In this document: piece by piece, positions 46,012 to 54,968 of the stretch
How positions within the stretch are numbered: the first letter of the stretch is position 1
How the letters are laid out: each line of letters opens with the position of its first letter
Source of the DNA: an uncultured Thermoplasmatales archaeon
Lineage (GTDB): Archaea; Thermoplasmatota; SW-10-69-26
DNA: 64,000 nt
Assembly (NCBI GenBank): GCA_964396185.1
Contig: CAYNEI010000005.1
Coordinates: forward strand, 19,842-83,841
Direction: 5' to 3'
Notes under the pieces: model-generated
Told to the model about the DNA's origin: nothing
What the model saw: only the letters and a program-made list of their open reading frames with translations
The model's database searches: none
Made by a program: the position numbers and the translations under genes

Positions 46012-47135
46012 GCAGTGGCCTCCAGAAGGGTGCAGTGGACGTTGTTGCCGAAGCCACCGATGTTGTGGGCCAGGGCGATGCGTGCTTGGTCGACCTGGTT
46101 GGCGGCCCGGCCGGTGAGCTGGTCGAAGAGCTCGCAGAGCTGTGCTGCGCCTGTGGCCCCGATGGGATGACCTCGCGCTTTGAGCCCGCCGGATGGGTTC
46201 ACGGCCAGCGGGCCAGCCAAGGGATCCTCGCCGCTCTCAGGGAGCAAGGCGAGACCCTGGCCTGGTTCAGCGAAGCCGAGGTCCTCGAGGTTGACGGGTT
46301 CGAGGATCGAGAAGGCATCATGCAGCTCGATGACGTCCACGGCCTCGCGCCGGATCCCAGCCTGGGCGAAGGCTTCCCGGGCGGCTTGCTGGGTCGCCTG
46401 GAACCCGGTGAGTGGTGTCGGTCTTCGGGCGTAGCCGTGGTGGTCGGTGGCATGCCCGCTGCCCAGCAGCTCGACAGGGCCCTGGTTGGAGACCACGACG
46501 GCGGCGGCGCCATCGCTGATGGGCGCGCAGTGGTAGAGCTGCAGCGGCTCAGCGATGACTCGCGAGGCATGCACGTCGGCCAGCGTGATGGGTGTCTGGA
46601 AGTGGGCGATGGGGTTGTTGGCCGCCAAGGCGTGGGCGCGCACGGGCAGGTGGGCGAGGTCCTCGATGGCCAGGTCGTGGGCGTGGAGGTAAGCGCTGGT
46701 GAGCATGGCGACCAGGCCCGGAAGCGTGAGGTCGAGGCGTTGTTCGTCCGGGGCCATGAGCTTGGCGAGGATGCGAGTGGTGTCCTGGGTGGGGAGCGTG
46801 GTCATCTGCTCCCAACCCACGAGGAGGACGTTGTCGGCGCCCCCGGAGGCGATGAGGCTCTCAGCCACCCAGAGTGCACTGAGGCTCGATGAGGGTCCCG
46901 TGTCCACCCGAAGCGCTGGTGTGCCTGCCTGGCCGAGCACCTCGGCGGTCCAGACCGCGACGTTCCCGATGTCGGTGAAGCTGGGTGCTGCGGCGTTGGC
47001 GACCACCAACGCGTCGATCGCGGTGGGGGAGAGGCCAGCGTCCTCTATGGCAGCTTCACCTGCGTGCGCAACCCCCTCTGCCGGGTCGAGTTCCCTACCG
47101 AACGGTGCGTTCGCTGCGCCTCTCAGACATGCCAC
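46008..47135 (-). CDS. Thiolase-fold protein lacking the nucleophilic cysteine
   Basis: CAPISDGAAA, HDAFS and GHPIGATG retained; DTGPSSS replaces EAACAS. Confidence 0.85.
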   Translation of the reverse strand: MACLRGAANAPFGRELDPAEGVAHAGEAAIEDAGLSPTAIDALVVANAAAPSFTDIGNVAVWTAEVLGQAGTPALRVDTGPSSSLSALWVAESLIASGGADNVLLVGWEQMTTLPTQDTTRILAKLMAPDEQRLDLTLPGLVAMLTSAYLHAHDLAIEDLAHLPVRAHALAANNPIAHFQTPITLADVHASRVIAEPLQLYHCAPISDGAAAVVVSNQGPVELLGSGHATDHHGYARRPTPLTGFQATQQAAREAFAQAGIRREAVDVIELHDAFSILEPVNLEDLGFAEPGQGLALLPESGEDPLAGPLAVNPSGGLKARGHPIGATGAAQLCELFDQLTGRAANQVDQARIALAHNIGGFGNNVHCTLLEATA

Positions 47136-47175
47136 GAGCGGCCAGGGTGGCCTCGGTTGAAAAGGTGTGCGGCCT

Positions 47176-47409
47176 TCACCAGTAGGCTCGTCGGTTCCCA
47201 GATCGGCGTGGGGAGCGCGAGGGGGCTGCGTCGTTGTCCAGGGTGAGTGCGTGTCGCAGTGCGTCCTGGCTATCTTCGAACGGGATGGCCGCGGTCACAG
47301 GCGCTTGGTCGATCTCTGCCTCTGCGCCCTCGGTGCCCAACCCGCAGAACGGGCAGGGCACGGGCTCGGAGCCGAACTGCTCGGCCTCGTCGTGATGCAA
47401 ACAGTACAC
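47176..47409 (-). CDS. Small CPxCG-type zinc-finger protein (tentative)
   Basis: GTG start gives (M)YCLHH...CPFCG; TATA-like CTTAT upstream; fills the gap between thiolase and birA. Confidence 0.4.
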   Translation of the reverse strand: MYCLHHDEAEQFGSEPVPCPFCGLGTEGAEAEIDQAPVTAAIPFEDSQDALRHALTLDNDAAPSRSPRRSGNRRAYW

Positions 47410-47514
47410 TGGTACCCACCATGAAGCGTACGCCAGGGGGAGCCCATAAGGGTTGCCTGTCAGCTTTTCGGCGTTCGTCGACATCCGGGGCGAAGCCTTT
47501 TCGAGCTGCTCTGC

Positions 47515-48246
47515 TTGGCCGGGCCCGTGCCCTACCGCGTCGTCCGGTTCCCGGAGGTTGGATCCACCAACGACATCGTGCTGGAGGCGGCCCGTGCGGG
47601 CGAGCCCAGCGGTCTCGTCGTGGTCGCCGGGATCCAAGCCCGCGGCAGAGGACGCAAGGCACAGGACTGGCGCTCCCCTCCAGGGGGGTTGTGGGCCTCG
47701 ATCCTCTTGCGCGCCAACCCGCCTGCCCACCTGGCCGGCACCATCCCCCTGGCTGTGGGGCTGGCTGCGTGCGAGGCGCTCGAAGGGCTCGGGGCCTCCC
47801 TGGAGCTGCGTTGGCCCAACGATCTCATGGTGGGGGATCGCAAGCTCGGCGGTGTGCTTGTCGAATCACGCAGCGGGTCGCAAGGGATCGAGACCGTGGT
47901 CGCGGGTCTCGGGATCAACGTGAACAACGAGCCGCCCATCGACGACGCTGCCAGCCTCGCCCAGCTCGGGGTCGAGGCAACACCACGCGAGGTCTTAACC
48001 GCGCTGCTCGATGCCCTGCCCGCCTACGAGGCGATGCTCGAGCGCACCGATGTGAACGCCATCTGCGAACGGTTCATGGCCAAGGCTTGGGGGATCGAGC
48101 GAGAGATGACCATGGACGGCGAACCCTGCATCCCCAAGGAGATCGCCGTGGATGGTGCGTTGATCATCGAGCTGACCGACGGGACCATCGATGTCCGGCG
48201 CACAGGTTCCCTGCGCCTCCCAGGCCCGTCAGTTGCTGGCGAGTAG
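47515..48246 (+). CDS. birA: Biotin--protein ligase (no N-terminal HTH)
   Basis: STND, QARGRGR...W.SP.GGL, RWPNDL, KLGGVL, GLGIN; start may be GTG 47527. Confidence 0.9.
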   Translation: MAGPVPYRVVRFPEVGSTNDIVLEAARAGEPSGLVVVAGIQARGRGRKAQDWRSPPGGLWASILLRANPPAHLAGTIPLAVGLAACEALEGLGASLELRWPNDLMVGDRKLGGVLVESRSGSQGIETVVAGLGINVNNEPPIDDAASLAQLGVEATPREVLTALLDALPAYEAMLERTDVNAICERFMAKAWGIEREMTMDGEPCIPKEIAVDGALIIELTDGTIDVRRTGSLRLPGPSVAGE

Positions 48247-49140
48247 GTCGTGGAGCGCCTCTTGGATGTTGGCGTGCTGGAAGGTGTACCCCGATCTCTC
48301 CAGGCGGCTTGGCAGCACGCACTGGCTGTCGAAGAGGACCTGGGCGGACTCCCCGTAGAGCGCCTTGAGGGCGATCCGCGGGACCGGCAGCTTGGTTGGA
48401 CGGTTGAGCGCCAAGCCAAGCGCTCGGGTGAAGGTGCGGTTCCGGGTGACCCCAGGGGAGGTGAGGTTGAACGGACCCTCGAGGCCCTCGTCGAGGAGGT
48501 GGAGGATCGCGCCCACCTCATCCTCGATGTGGATCCACGGGAACCATTGCTCCCCGTCGCCCACCGGGCCTCCAAGACCCCAGTGGAACGGCCTCACCAG
48601 TGGGATCGGGTTGAGCATCTGGGCGAGCGCGCCACCCTGGCTGCTGAGCACCACCCCAGTGCGGATCCAAGCCAGCCCGGTGTCCAGGGTGTCGTCCTTG
48701 GCGATGGGGATGGCAGCCTCTTCCCAGCGCTGGCAGACGTTGGCCAGGAAGCCACCTGCTGGAGGGTCCTCCTCGGTGAGGGTCTGCTCGCCCCGGTCGC
48801 CGTAGTAACCGACGGCGCTCCCGGAGACGACGTGCTCGATGGCTCCGTGGCTGGCCACGGCTTCCACGACGCGCGCTGTTCCCTCCACGCGGCTCTCCAG
48901 GAGCTCGCGCTTGTAGGCCTCGGTCCAGCGCTGGCCAACGATGGGGGCTCCGGCCAGGTGGACGACTTGCGTGGTCCGTTCTGGGAGCTCCAGGGAGGCT
49001 TGCTGGCCCGGATCCCAGCCGATCTCGTCGTCGGCCTCCGGGGACCGGGTCACGATGGTCACGGTGTCACCACGGGCTCGAAGCGCCTGGGTGAGGGCCT
49101 GGCCGACCAGCCCGGTCCCGCCCGTGATAGCGACGTGCAT
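48229..49140 (-). CDS. TIGR01777/YfcH-type NAD-dependent epimerase family protein
   Basis: [43 protein letters not shown]. Confidence 0.88.
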   Translation of the reverse strand: MHVAITGGTGLVGQALTQALRARGDTVTIVTRSPEADDEIGWDPGQQASLELPERTTQVVHLAGAPIVGQRWTEAYKRELLESRVEGTARVVEAVASHGAIEHVVSGSAVGYYGDRGEQTLTEEDPPAGGFLANVCQRWEEAAIPIAKDDTLDTGLAWIRTGVVLSSQGGALAQMLNPIPLVRPFHWGLGGPVGDGEQWFPWIHIEDEVGAILHLLDEGLEGPFNLTSPGVTRNRTFTRALGLALNRPTKLPVPRIALKALYGESAQVLFDSQCVLPSRLERSGYTFQHANIQEALHDLLASN

Positions 49141-49193
49141 GGTTCACCATGCGGCCGCCAGCTTCTTTTAACCTATGGCCGTTGGCGCCCTGC

Positions 49194-50744
49194 ATGACGA
49201 TGGAGGAGCGGATCGACGAGCTCGAGCAGCGCCGCGCCCGCGCCCTGGAGGGCGGCGGCCAGGCGCGCATCGAGCGCCAGCACAAGGCGGGCAAGCTCAC
49301 CGCCAGAGAGCGCTTGGAGGTTCTCCTGGATGAGGGGAGCTTCCATGAGGTCGGTCCTTTCGTCGAGCACCAGGAGACCCGGTTCGGCATGGAGGAGAAG
49401 CGGATCCCAGGCGACGGGGTCGTCACCGGTTGGGGTCAGATCAACGGTCGAACCGTCTACGTGTTCGCCCAGGACTTCACCGTCTTCGGCGGGAGCCTCG
49501 GGGAGGCGCATGCGGCCAAGATCTGCAAGATCATGGATCTGGCCGTGCAGAACGGCGCGCCGGTCATCGGGCTCAACGACTCAGGCGGGGCGCGCATCCA
49601 GGAGGGCGTGGACGCCCTGGGCGGCTACGCGGAGATCTTCTGGCGCAACACCAACGCTTCTGGGGTGATCCCCCAGATCAGCGTGGTCATGGGCCCGTGC
49701 GCTGGCGGGGCGGTCTACTCGCCGGCCATCACGGACTTCGTGGTCATGGTCGAGGAGACCAGCCACATGTTCATCACCGGCCCGGATGTGATCCGGCAGG
49801 TCACCCATGAGGACGTGACCTTCGACGAGCTCGGAGGCGCTGAGACCCACGCCAGCAAGTCAGGCGTGGCCCACCTGACCGCTGAGAGCGAGGAGAAGGC
49901 GCTCTGGACAGTGCGCGAGCTCTTGCAGTTCCTACCGTCGAGCAACCGGGAGCAGCCGCCCACGGCTGGGGTGGAGGACACGCCAGAGCGCCGGGCCGAG
50001 GAGCTCAGATCCATCGTGCCTGACGAGCCGGATCAACCCTACGATGTCAAGGATGTCATCGGTCACGTGGTGGACGAGGGCTACTTCTTCGAGGTGCACG
50101 AGCAGTGGGCCGACAACCTGGTGGTCGGGTTCGCTCGCTTGGACGGCCAGCCGGTGGGCATCGTGGCCAACCAGCCGCAAGTGCTTGCCGGTGTCTTGGA
50201 CATCGAGGCCAGCCAGAAGGGGGCCCGGTTCGTTCGGTTCTGTGATGCGTTCAACATCCCGTTGGTGGTCTTCGAGGACGTGCCTGGCTTCCTGCCCGGC
50301 ACAGACCAGGAGTGGAACGGCATCATCCGGCACGGTGCCAAGCTGCTCTACGCCTTCGCTGAGGCCACCGTGCCCAAGCTCACGGTCATCCTGCGCAAGG
50401 CCTACGGGGGCGCCTACGACGTGATGAACAGCAAGCACATCCGGGCCGACTACAACGTGGCCTGGCCGACCGCCGAGCTGGCGGTCATGGGGCCAGAAGG
50501 CGCGGTGCAGATCCTCTACCGAAAGGAGTTGGCCGAGGCAGAGGACCCGGGTGCGCGCAAGCAAGAGCTCGTCGACGAGTACCGTGAGGCCTTCGCCCAC
50601 CCGTACACGGCAGCCTCACGGGGCTACCTCGACGATGTCATCCTGCCCGAGGATACCCGGCCCAAACTCATCGGGGCCCTGGCCACGCTCTCCGAGAAAC
50701 GCAAGCGCCGCCCGCAACGCAAGCACGGCAACATCCCGCTGTGA
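49194..50744 (+). CDS. pccB: Acyl-CoA (propionyl/methylmalonyl-CoA) carboxyltransferase beta subunit
   Basis: [56 protein letters not shown]. Confidence 0.92.
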   Translation: MTMEERIDELEQRRARALEGGGQARIERQHKAGKLTARERLEVLLDEGSFHEVGPFVEHQETRFGMEEKRIPGDGVVTGWGQINGRTVYVFAQDFTVFGGSLGEAHAAKICKIMDLAVQNGAPVIGLNDSGGARIQEGVDALGGYAEIFWRNTNASGVIPQISVVMGPCAGGAVYSPAITDFVVMVEETSHMFITGPDVIRQVTHEDVTFDELGGAETHASKSGVAHLTAESEEKALWTVRELLQFLPSSNREQPPTAGVEDTPERRAEELRSIVPDEPDQPYDVKDVIGHVVDEGYFFEVHEQWADNLVVGFARLDGQPVGIVANQPQVLAGVLDIEASQKGARFVRFCDAFNIPLVVFEDVPGFLPGTDQEWNGIIRHGAKLLYAFAEATVPKLTVILRKAYGGAYDVMNSKHIRADYNVAWPTAELAVMGPEGAVQILYRKELAEAEDPGARKQELVDEYREAFAHPYTAASRGYLDDVILPEDTRPKLIGALATLSEKRKRRPQRKHGNIPL

Positions 50745-50768
50745 AGCGGGAGCGGGTCCCGCCTAGGC

Positions 50769-52046
50769 TCAGGATCGGTTCCGCCGCGCGACGGCCACGC
50801 CAGCAAGCAGGGCCATGGCCAGCCAGGCCGTCACCCCAGGCACCAGGTTGAACCCGGTCACCTCGTCGTGTAGCACCAGCGCGTAGCGCTCACCATCGGT
50901 CGTGTTCAGATCCTCAAGGATGATGCGATCCCCGGGGGAGACGTGTCCGTCCTCGTCCACGTCCTCGTAGCTCACCCGAACCTGATCGTTCTCCCGGACG
51001 CCCTCCTCTGCCCCCATGGTGAGCACCGCACCGGTCTCTTGGCCATCCATGCCGGGCGCGCCGGTGTCCGCGTCGATGTGGATCTCGAGCTCGTCCAGGG
51101 GGATCAGGCCGGGGTTGATCGACGGCTGGATCGTGGCGTTGCTGAACCGGCCATCGTCCTCTTGGGCGCCCATGCCGAAGGGATCCACGGCGTTCTCATC
51201 CAGCAGGGTCATGGTCTCGAGGCGCACGAGGGCTTCCTCGTGCTCGTGGGTGGCCTGCTCATCGTAGGTGAACGCCATGGTGACGCGGCCATCCCGTTCG
51301 CTGGGGTCCGTGGCGTTGGGGTCGGTGAAGGTCGTCTCGATGAGCGCTGGCAGTTCGGTTGCTTCCAGGATCACGACGCGTACATCGAAGCTCGCGTCGT
51401 CCTCCGCGTAGGTGACGTTGATCTCGATGGCGGCCTGGCCCTCATGTTGGACGACCGCGTAGCTCACCTCGGCGTCGTCTGGGAGCTCGCTCTCCAGGGC
51501 GCCCAGGAAGGTGGTCGGGTCGAAGAGCGACCCCTCGCCGGACTCGACGCCGCTCTCTGGCGTGGAGTCGACGGCCGTGAAGCCCTCCACGGGCTCAGCG
51601 GACTCGTTGTACATGCCGATCAGGCTCGGGGGCGCGCCGAAGAAGCTCGTTTTGGCGACCTGGCCGAACAGGAAGGTCTCGCCGCCTGGACCCACGGGCA
51701 TATCACCACCCTCGTCGAAGATGGATCCGCTCATGCTCATGATGGCCAGCTGTTGGGCCTCATCGAAGAGGCCGTCGACCTGGCCTGTGCCTTGCTCGTC
51801 CCCGCTCAGGGCCTCGAACGCCATGGAGAGGCCAACGCGGTCCACCTCGCTGGCACCCTCCTCGAGAACCTTGAGCGCGCTAGCATACGCCTGGCGCGCC
51901 TCGGCAGCCGAGAGCTCGCTTGAGCCTGTGCCCCCTGGCTCATCCGTGGTGGGCCCCGCACACCCCGCAAGGGCCGCGGTAAGCGTGAGCAAGACGATGA
52001 ACAAGATCGTTGGTCGACCGGTGTGCCCGTTCCCCATGGTAACCAT
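50769..52046 (-). CDS. Lipoprotein with a C-terminal PGF-CTERM-like anchor
   Basis: LAGC lipobox; acidic body; ends VPG + TM + RRNRS. Confidence 0.7.
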   Translation of the reverse strand: MVTMGNGHTGRPTILFIVLLTLTAALAGCAGPTTDEPGGTGSSELSAAEARQAYASALKVLEEGASEVDRVGLSMAFEALSGDEQGTGQVDGLFDEAQQLAIMSMSGSIFDEGGDMPVGPGGETFLFGQVAKTSFFGAPPSLIGMYNESAEPVEGFTAVDSTPESGVESGEGSLFDPTTFLGALESELPDDAEVSYAVVQHEGQAAIEINVTYAEDDASFDVRVVILEATELPALIETTFTDPNATDPSERDGRVTMAFTYDEQATHEHEEALVRLETMTLLDENAVDPFGMGAQEDDGRFSNATIQPSINPGLIPLDELEIHIDADTGAPGMDGQETGAVLTMGAEEGVRENDQVRVSYEDVDEDGHVSPGDRIILEDLNTTDGERYALVLHDEVTGFNLVPGVTAWLAMALLAGVAVARRNRS

Positions 52047-52107
52047 GCTGGGACCTGTTCGGTGCTTCAAACGTTTTCCGCAATGAACAGCGGGGGATCC
52101 GAGGCCT

Positions 52108-53523
52108 CTAGATCGGGAGCATCTTCCAGGCCACGGCGAGGACCAGGATCATGAGCAGGCCCTGGAGGGCTCGGCCGCTGAGGTAATCGGAGAGTCGGGT
52201 CCCGATGGCTGTGCCTGCGATCCCACCGGCGGCCAGGAACGTGGCGGCCACCAGCGAGAAGTTGCCGGAGAGAACGTGGGCCAGGCTGCCTGCAACGGAG
52301 TTGCCTGCGATGACCACGAGCCCGGTGCCCACGGCCAGGTGTGCAGGGAGGCCGAGCAGGGTGGTCATGATGGGGATGATGAGCGGGCCGCCTCCGATGC
52401 CGAGCAGCCCAGCCCCGAAACCGACGCCGATGCCGATGAGCACGAGGGTGATCCGGTCTACGGCGAACCGCTTCCCGTTGTGGGTTCCCTCGATGGGTTC
52501 AGCGAGCTTCTCCTGGAGCTTCTCGCCAGCCTCGGGGCTGATGACCTTGCCGACGACCTCGGCCAACCGGCTCTCACGCCCAGGGGACCCGAGGGTGTTG
52601 CTGCTCTCGCGGCTGGGGTCCTGGTCGGCCTCCGCCTGGTCATCGGGGTCCTTGAGGACGTCCTTGCCGAGGAAGGTGGCCAGTGTGACCAGCACACCGG
52701 AGAAGATCCAGAGGAGGACGGTCTCCGGGAGCTGCAGGCTCACCAGCGCTCCAGTAGGCGCGCCGATGACGGCCCCGGCGATGATGGGCTTGGCGATGCG
52801 GAACTTCACGTTCCCTTTCTGCCTGTGTTGCCAAACCCCGCTGGAGGCGGTGAAAGAGGACTGGACGAGGTTGGTACCCACGGCGAGGTGGATGGGGAAC
52901 CCGAGCACGAGCACGATGAGCGGTACGCTGATGACGCCGATGCCGCCACCGACCAAGCCACCGACCAAGCCGCCCACCAGGCCCACCCCGAGCCCCTGTA
53001 GGGCGGTCCAGCGCATGTGGTCCGGGGCATCGAAGGTGATGGCCAGGCCTGCGGCCAGGGTCAGGAAGAGCGCGGCCACGGCCACGGTCTTGGCCCAGCG
53101 TGGCAGGTCACCGAGCTGGAGCGTCGCGCGTAGGTCATCGAGCCAGGTCGCTGGCTCTGTGGAGGTTGAGGAAGAGGTTGAGGATGCGGGCGTGGACGAG
53201 GCACCGTTGGTGGTCTCGTAGGTGATGGGGAGGCCGCGCTGGCGCCACTGGGCGAGGCCGCCGTCGAGGATGACGATGTCGCGGAACCCGTGGTCGAGGA
53301 GCAGGTGGGCTGCCCGGTCGCTGCGGTTCTGGTCCCAGGAGTGCAGCACCCAGGTCCGGTCCTTCGGGAGCTCGCCGGTCTTCTCTGGCAGGCCGTTGAG
53401 GGGGATGTGGCGCGCACCGGGGATGTGGCACACGGTCCATTCGTCTTCTTCTCGAACGTCGACCAGGATCGCCTGGCCATGCTCGTCCATGCGGAGCACC
53501 TCGTTGGTGTCCACCTCCGGCAC
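52108..53523 (-). CDS. Rhodanese-like domain fused to a TauE/SafE (TSUP) sulfur-compound exporter
   Basis: LVDVREEDEW...HIPGARHIP...LDGGLAQW, then two TSUP repeats (GLVGGGIG, GLLGIGGG, AVGT). Start uncertain; GTG 53523 chosen. Confidence 0.82.
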   Translation of the reverse strand: MPEVDTNEVLRMDEHGQAILVDVREEDEWTVCHIPGARHIPLNGLPEKTGELPKDRTWVLHSWDQNRSDRAAHLLLDHGFRDIVILDGGLAQWRQRGLPITYETTNGASSTPASSTSSSTSTEPATWLDDLRATLQLGDLPRWAKTVAVAALFLTLAAGLAITFDAPDHMRWTALQGLGVGLVGGLVGGLVGGGIGVISVPLIVLVLGFPIHLAVGTNLVQSSFTASSGVWQHRQKGNVKFRIAKPIIAGAVIGAPTGALVSLQLPETVLLWIFSGVLVTLATFLGKDVLKDPDDQAEADQDPSRESSNTLGSPGRESRLAEVVGKVISPEAGEKLQEKLAEPIEGTHNGKRFAVDRITLVLIGIGVGFGAGLLGIGGGPLIIPIMTTLLGLPAHLAVGTGLVVIAGNSVAGSLAHVLSGNFSLVAATFLAAGGIAGTAIGTRLSDYLSGRALQGLLMILVLAVAWKMLPI

Positions 53524-53590
53524 AGAGCCGTCGGCCGCCGCGCCGGGCCGGGGAGGGTGGTGGACGCTGCTGGTCTTGGAGATGCGTGGC

Positions 53591-54004
53591 TCACCTACTG
53601 ATCCTGCTGAGTCGCTCGCGGAGCTGGTCACGCGGGACCATCCCCACGATGCGGTCGACCTCGTGGGCCTCCTGGAAGAGGACCATCGTCGGGATGCCTC
53701 GGACCCCGAGGGCCTGAGGCACCGCTGGGTTCTCGTCTGCGTTGAGCTTCCCGATGGTGACCTGGCCCTGGAACTCCCGGGCGAGGTCCTCGAGCATGGG
53801 CGCGATGGCGCGGCAGGGGCCACACCAGGGGGCCCAGATGTCGAGCAGGAAGCGGTCGTGGTCGCCGAGCACCTCTTCGATCGTGGCGTCCGTGACCTCG
53901 ATGGGGGCGCCGGGGTCGTCACCGGCGGCTGCTCCGGTCGGTGTGTCGCCGAGAAGCTCGTTCAGCTTCCTTCGCCGGATCGCCTCAAGATCGGGATCGC
54001 TCAT
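53591..54004 (-). CDS. trxA: Thioredoxin
   Basis: WAPWCGPC, VRGIPT; archaeal-type N-terminal DLEAIRRRKL; start ATG 54004. Confidence 0.92.
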   Translation of the reverse strand: MSDPDLEAIRRRKLNELLGDTPTGAAAGDDPGAPIEVTDATIEEVLGDHDRFLLDIWAPWCGPCRAIAPMLEDLAREFQGQVTIGKLNADENPAVPQALGVRGIPTMVLFQEAHEVDRIVGMVPRDQLRERLSRISR

Positions 54005-54214
54005 GGTGCTCGTCCCCCTGGTCGTCATGGACCGGGAGCGCGACAACTGCCATGGACACCCCATCCGGTTTAAGCTTTACGTATATGGCAGGGAGATGAT
54101 ACAACGTGGAGCCCCTGAACTGTCTAGCTTGAGCCAGTGAAACGTGTCAGGGTCTAACGTGGATTGGCGGGATCGAACGGCATGTGGTCGGAACGCTTGG
54201 ACCGTGACGCGGTA

Positions 54215-54479
54215 CGCTGCGTTCGTGGGTTGGGTCTACGCGATGTCTAGAACGACGAAGCCCACGAAAGCTGCGACACGAACGAACCACTCCCCGGTCG
54301 ACGAGGTTCGTTCTATCGCAGCTTTCGTCGGTTGGGTCTACGCGATGTCCAGAACGACGAAGCCCACGAAAGCTGCGATCTACCCGAGCTTGGGTGCAAT
54401 CGGCGTGCTCGGGTGCTCGCAGCGTTCGTCGGTTGGGGCTACGCGATGTCCAAAACCACGAAGCCGACGAACGCTGCGA
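54215..54479. repeat. Array of three 62-bp palindromic direct repeats with 40- and 39-bp spacers
   Basis: Copies at 54215-54276, 54317-54378 and 54418-54479; the third overlaps the 3' end of CDS 54439-54906. Confidence 0.92.
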
Positions 54480-54906
54480 TCCCCCCCAACACGGTGAGCG
54501 CGGTCATGAGGGTCTCGGGGATGGGGAGGGTCAGCCCTACGGGCTCGAGCATGCCGAGCACACGGATGCCCAGGCCCGTGAACATGATGATCAGCGCCCA
54601 GCGCACCATGCCATGCGTGATGCCCGGGTTCAGGCTGCCCTTCCCACCCGAGGGATCGGGCACGCTCTCTCGGACCTGGATCGTGCGGGCTTGGGTTGGG
54701 TTCGCATCGGCGCCCACGGGTCCGGTGGGTGGATCGAAGGGGGTCTGGCAGACCCTGCACCGCTCGTCGGGGGCCGTGAGGACCTCGCCGCAGCGGCTGC
54801 AGCGGGGGCGCTGGCCACCTGTGAGCAGTGGTAGGCCCACGACGAGGATCGCGACAGCAGCCACCACGCCCGTGACGATGAGCGCGAGGGTGAGGAAGTC
54901 CATCAC
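54439..54906 (-). CDS. Small membrane protein with a zinc ribbon
   Basis: TM, CSRC...CRVC, two C-terminal TM segments. Confidence 0.72.
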   Translation of the reverse strand: MMDFLTLALIVTGVVAAVAILVVGLPLLTGGQRPRCSRCGEVLTAPDERCRVCQTPFDPPTGPVGADANPTQARTIQVRESVPDPSGGKGSLNPGITHGMVRWALIIMFTGLGIRVLGMLEPVGLTLPIPETLMTALTVLGGIAAFVGFVVLDIA

Positions 54907-54968
54907 CGTGGCGTACCCCCTCGTCTGATTTGAGGCTTCGCCCTGGTCACGCGCTCGTCACGTCCTGG

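Noticed and set aside
53330..53345. Selenocysteine or stop-codon recoding at the rhodanese active site
   Set aside because: The codon is TCC (Ser), not TGA.
54215..54479. Calling the repeat array a CRISPR
   Set aside because: The repeats are 62 bp, degenerate and derived from a coding 3' end, the spacers are themselves palindromic, and no cas genes are in the window.
54144..54497. Plus-strand ORF with a repeated AAFVGWVYAMSRTTKPTKAA peptide
   Set aside because: A by-product of the palindromic DNA repeats; the synonymous pattern is in the minus-strand frame of the real gene.
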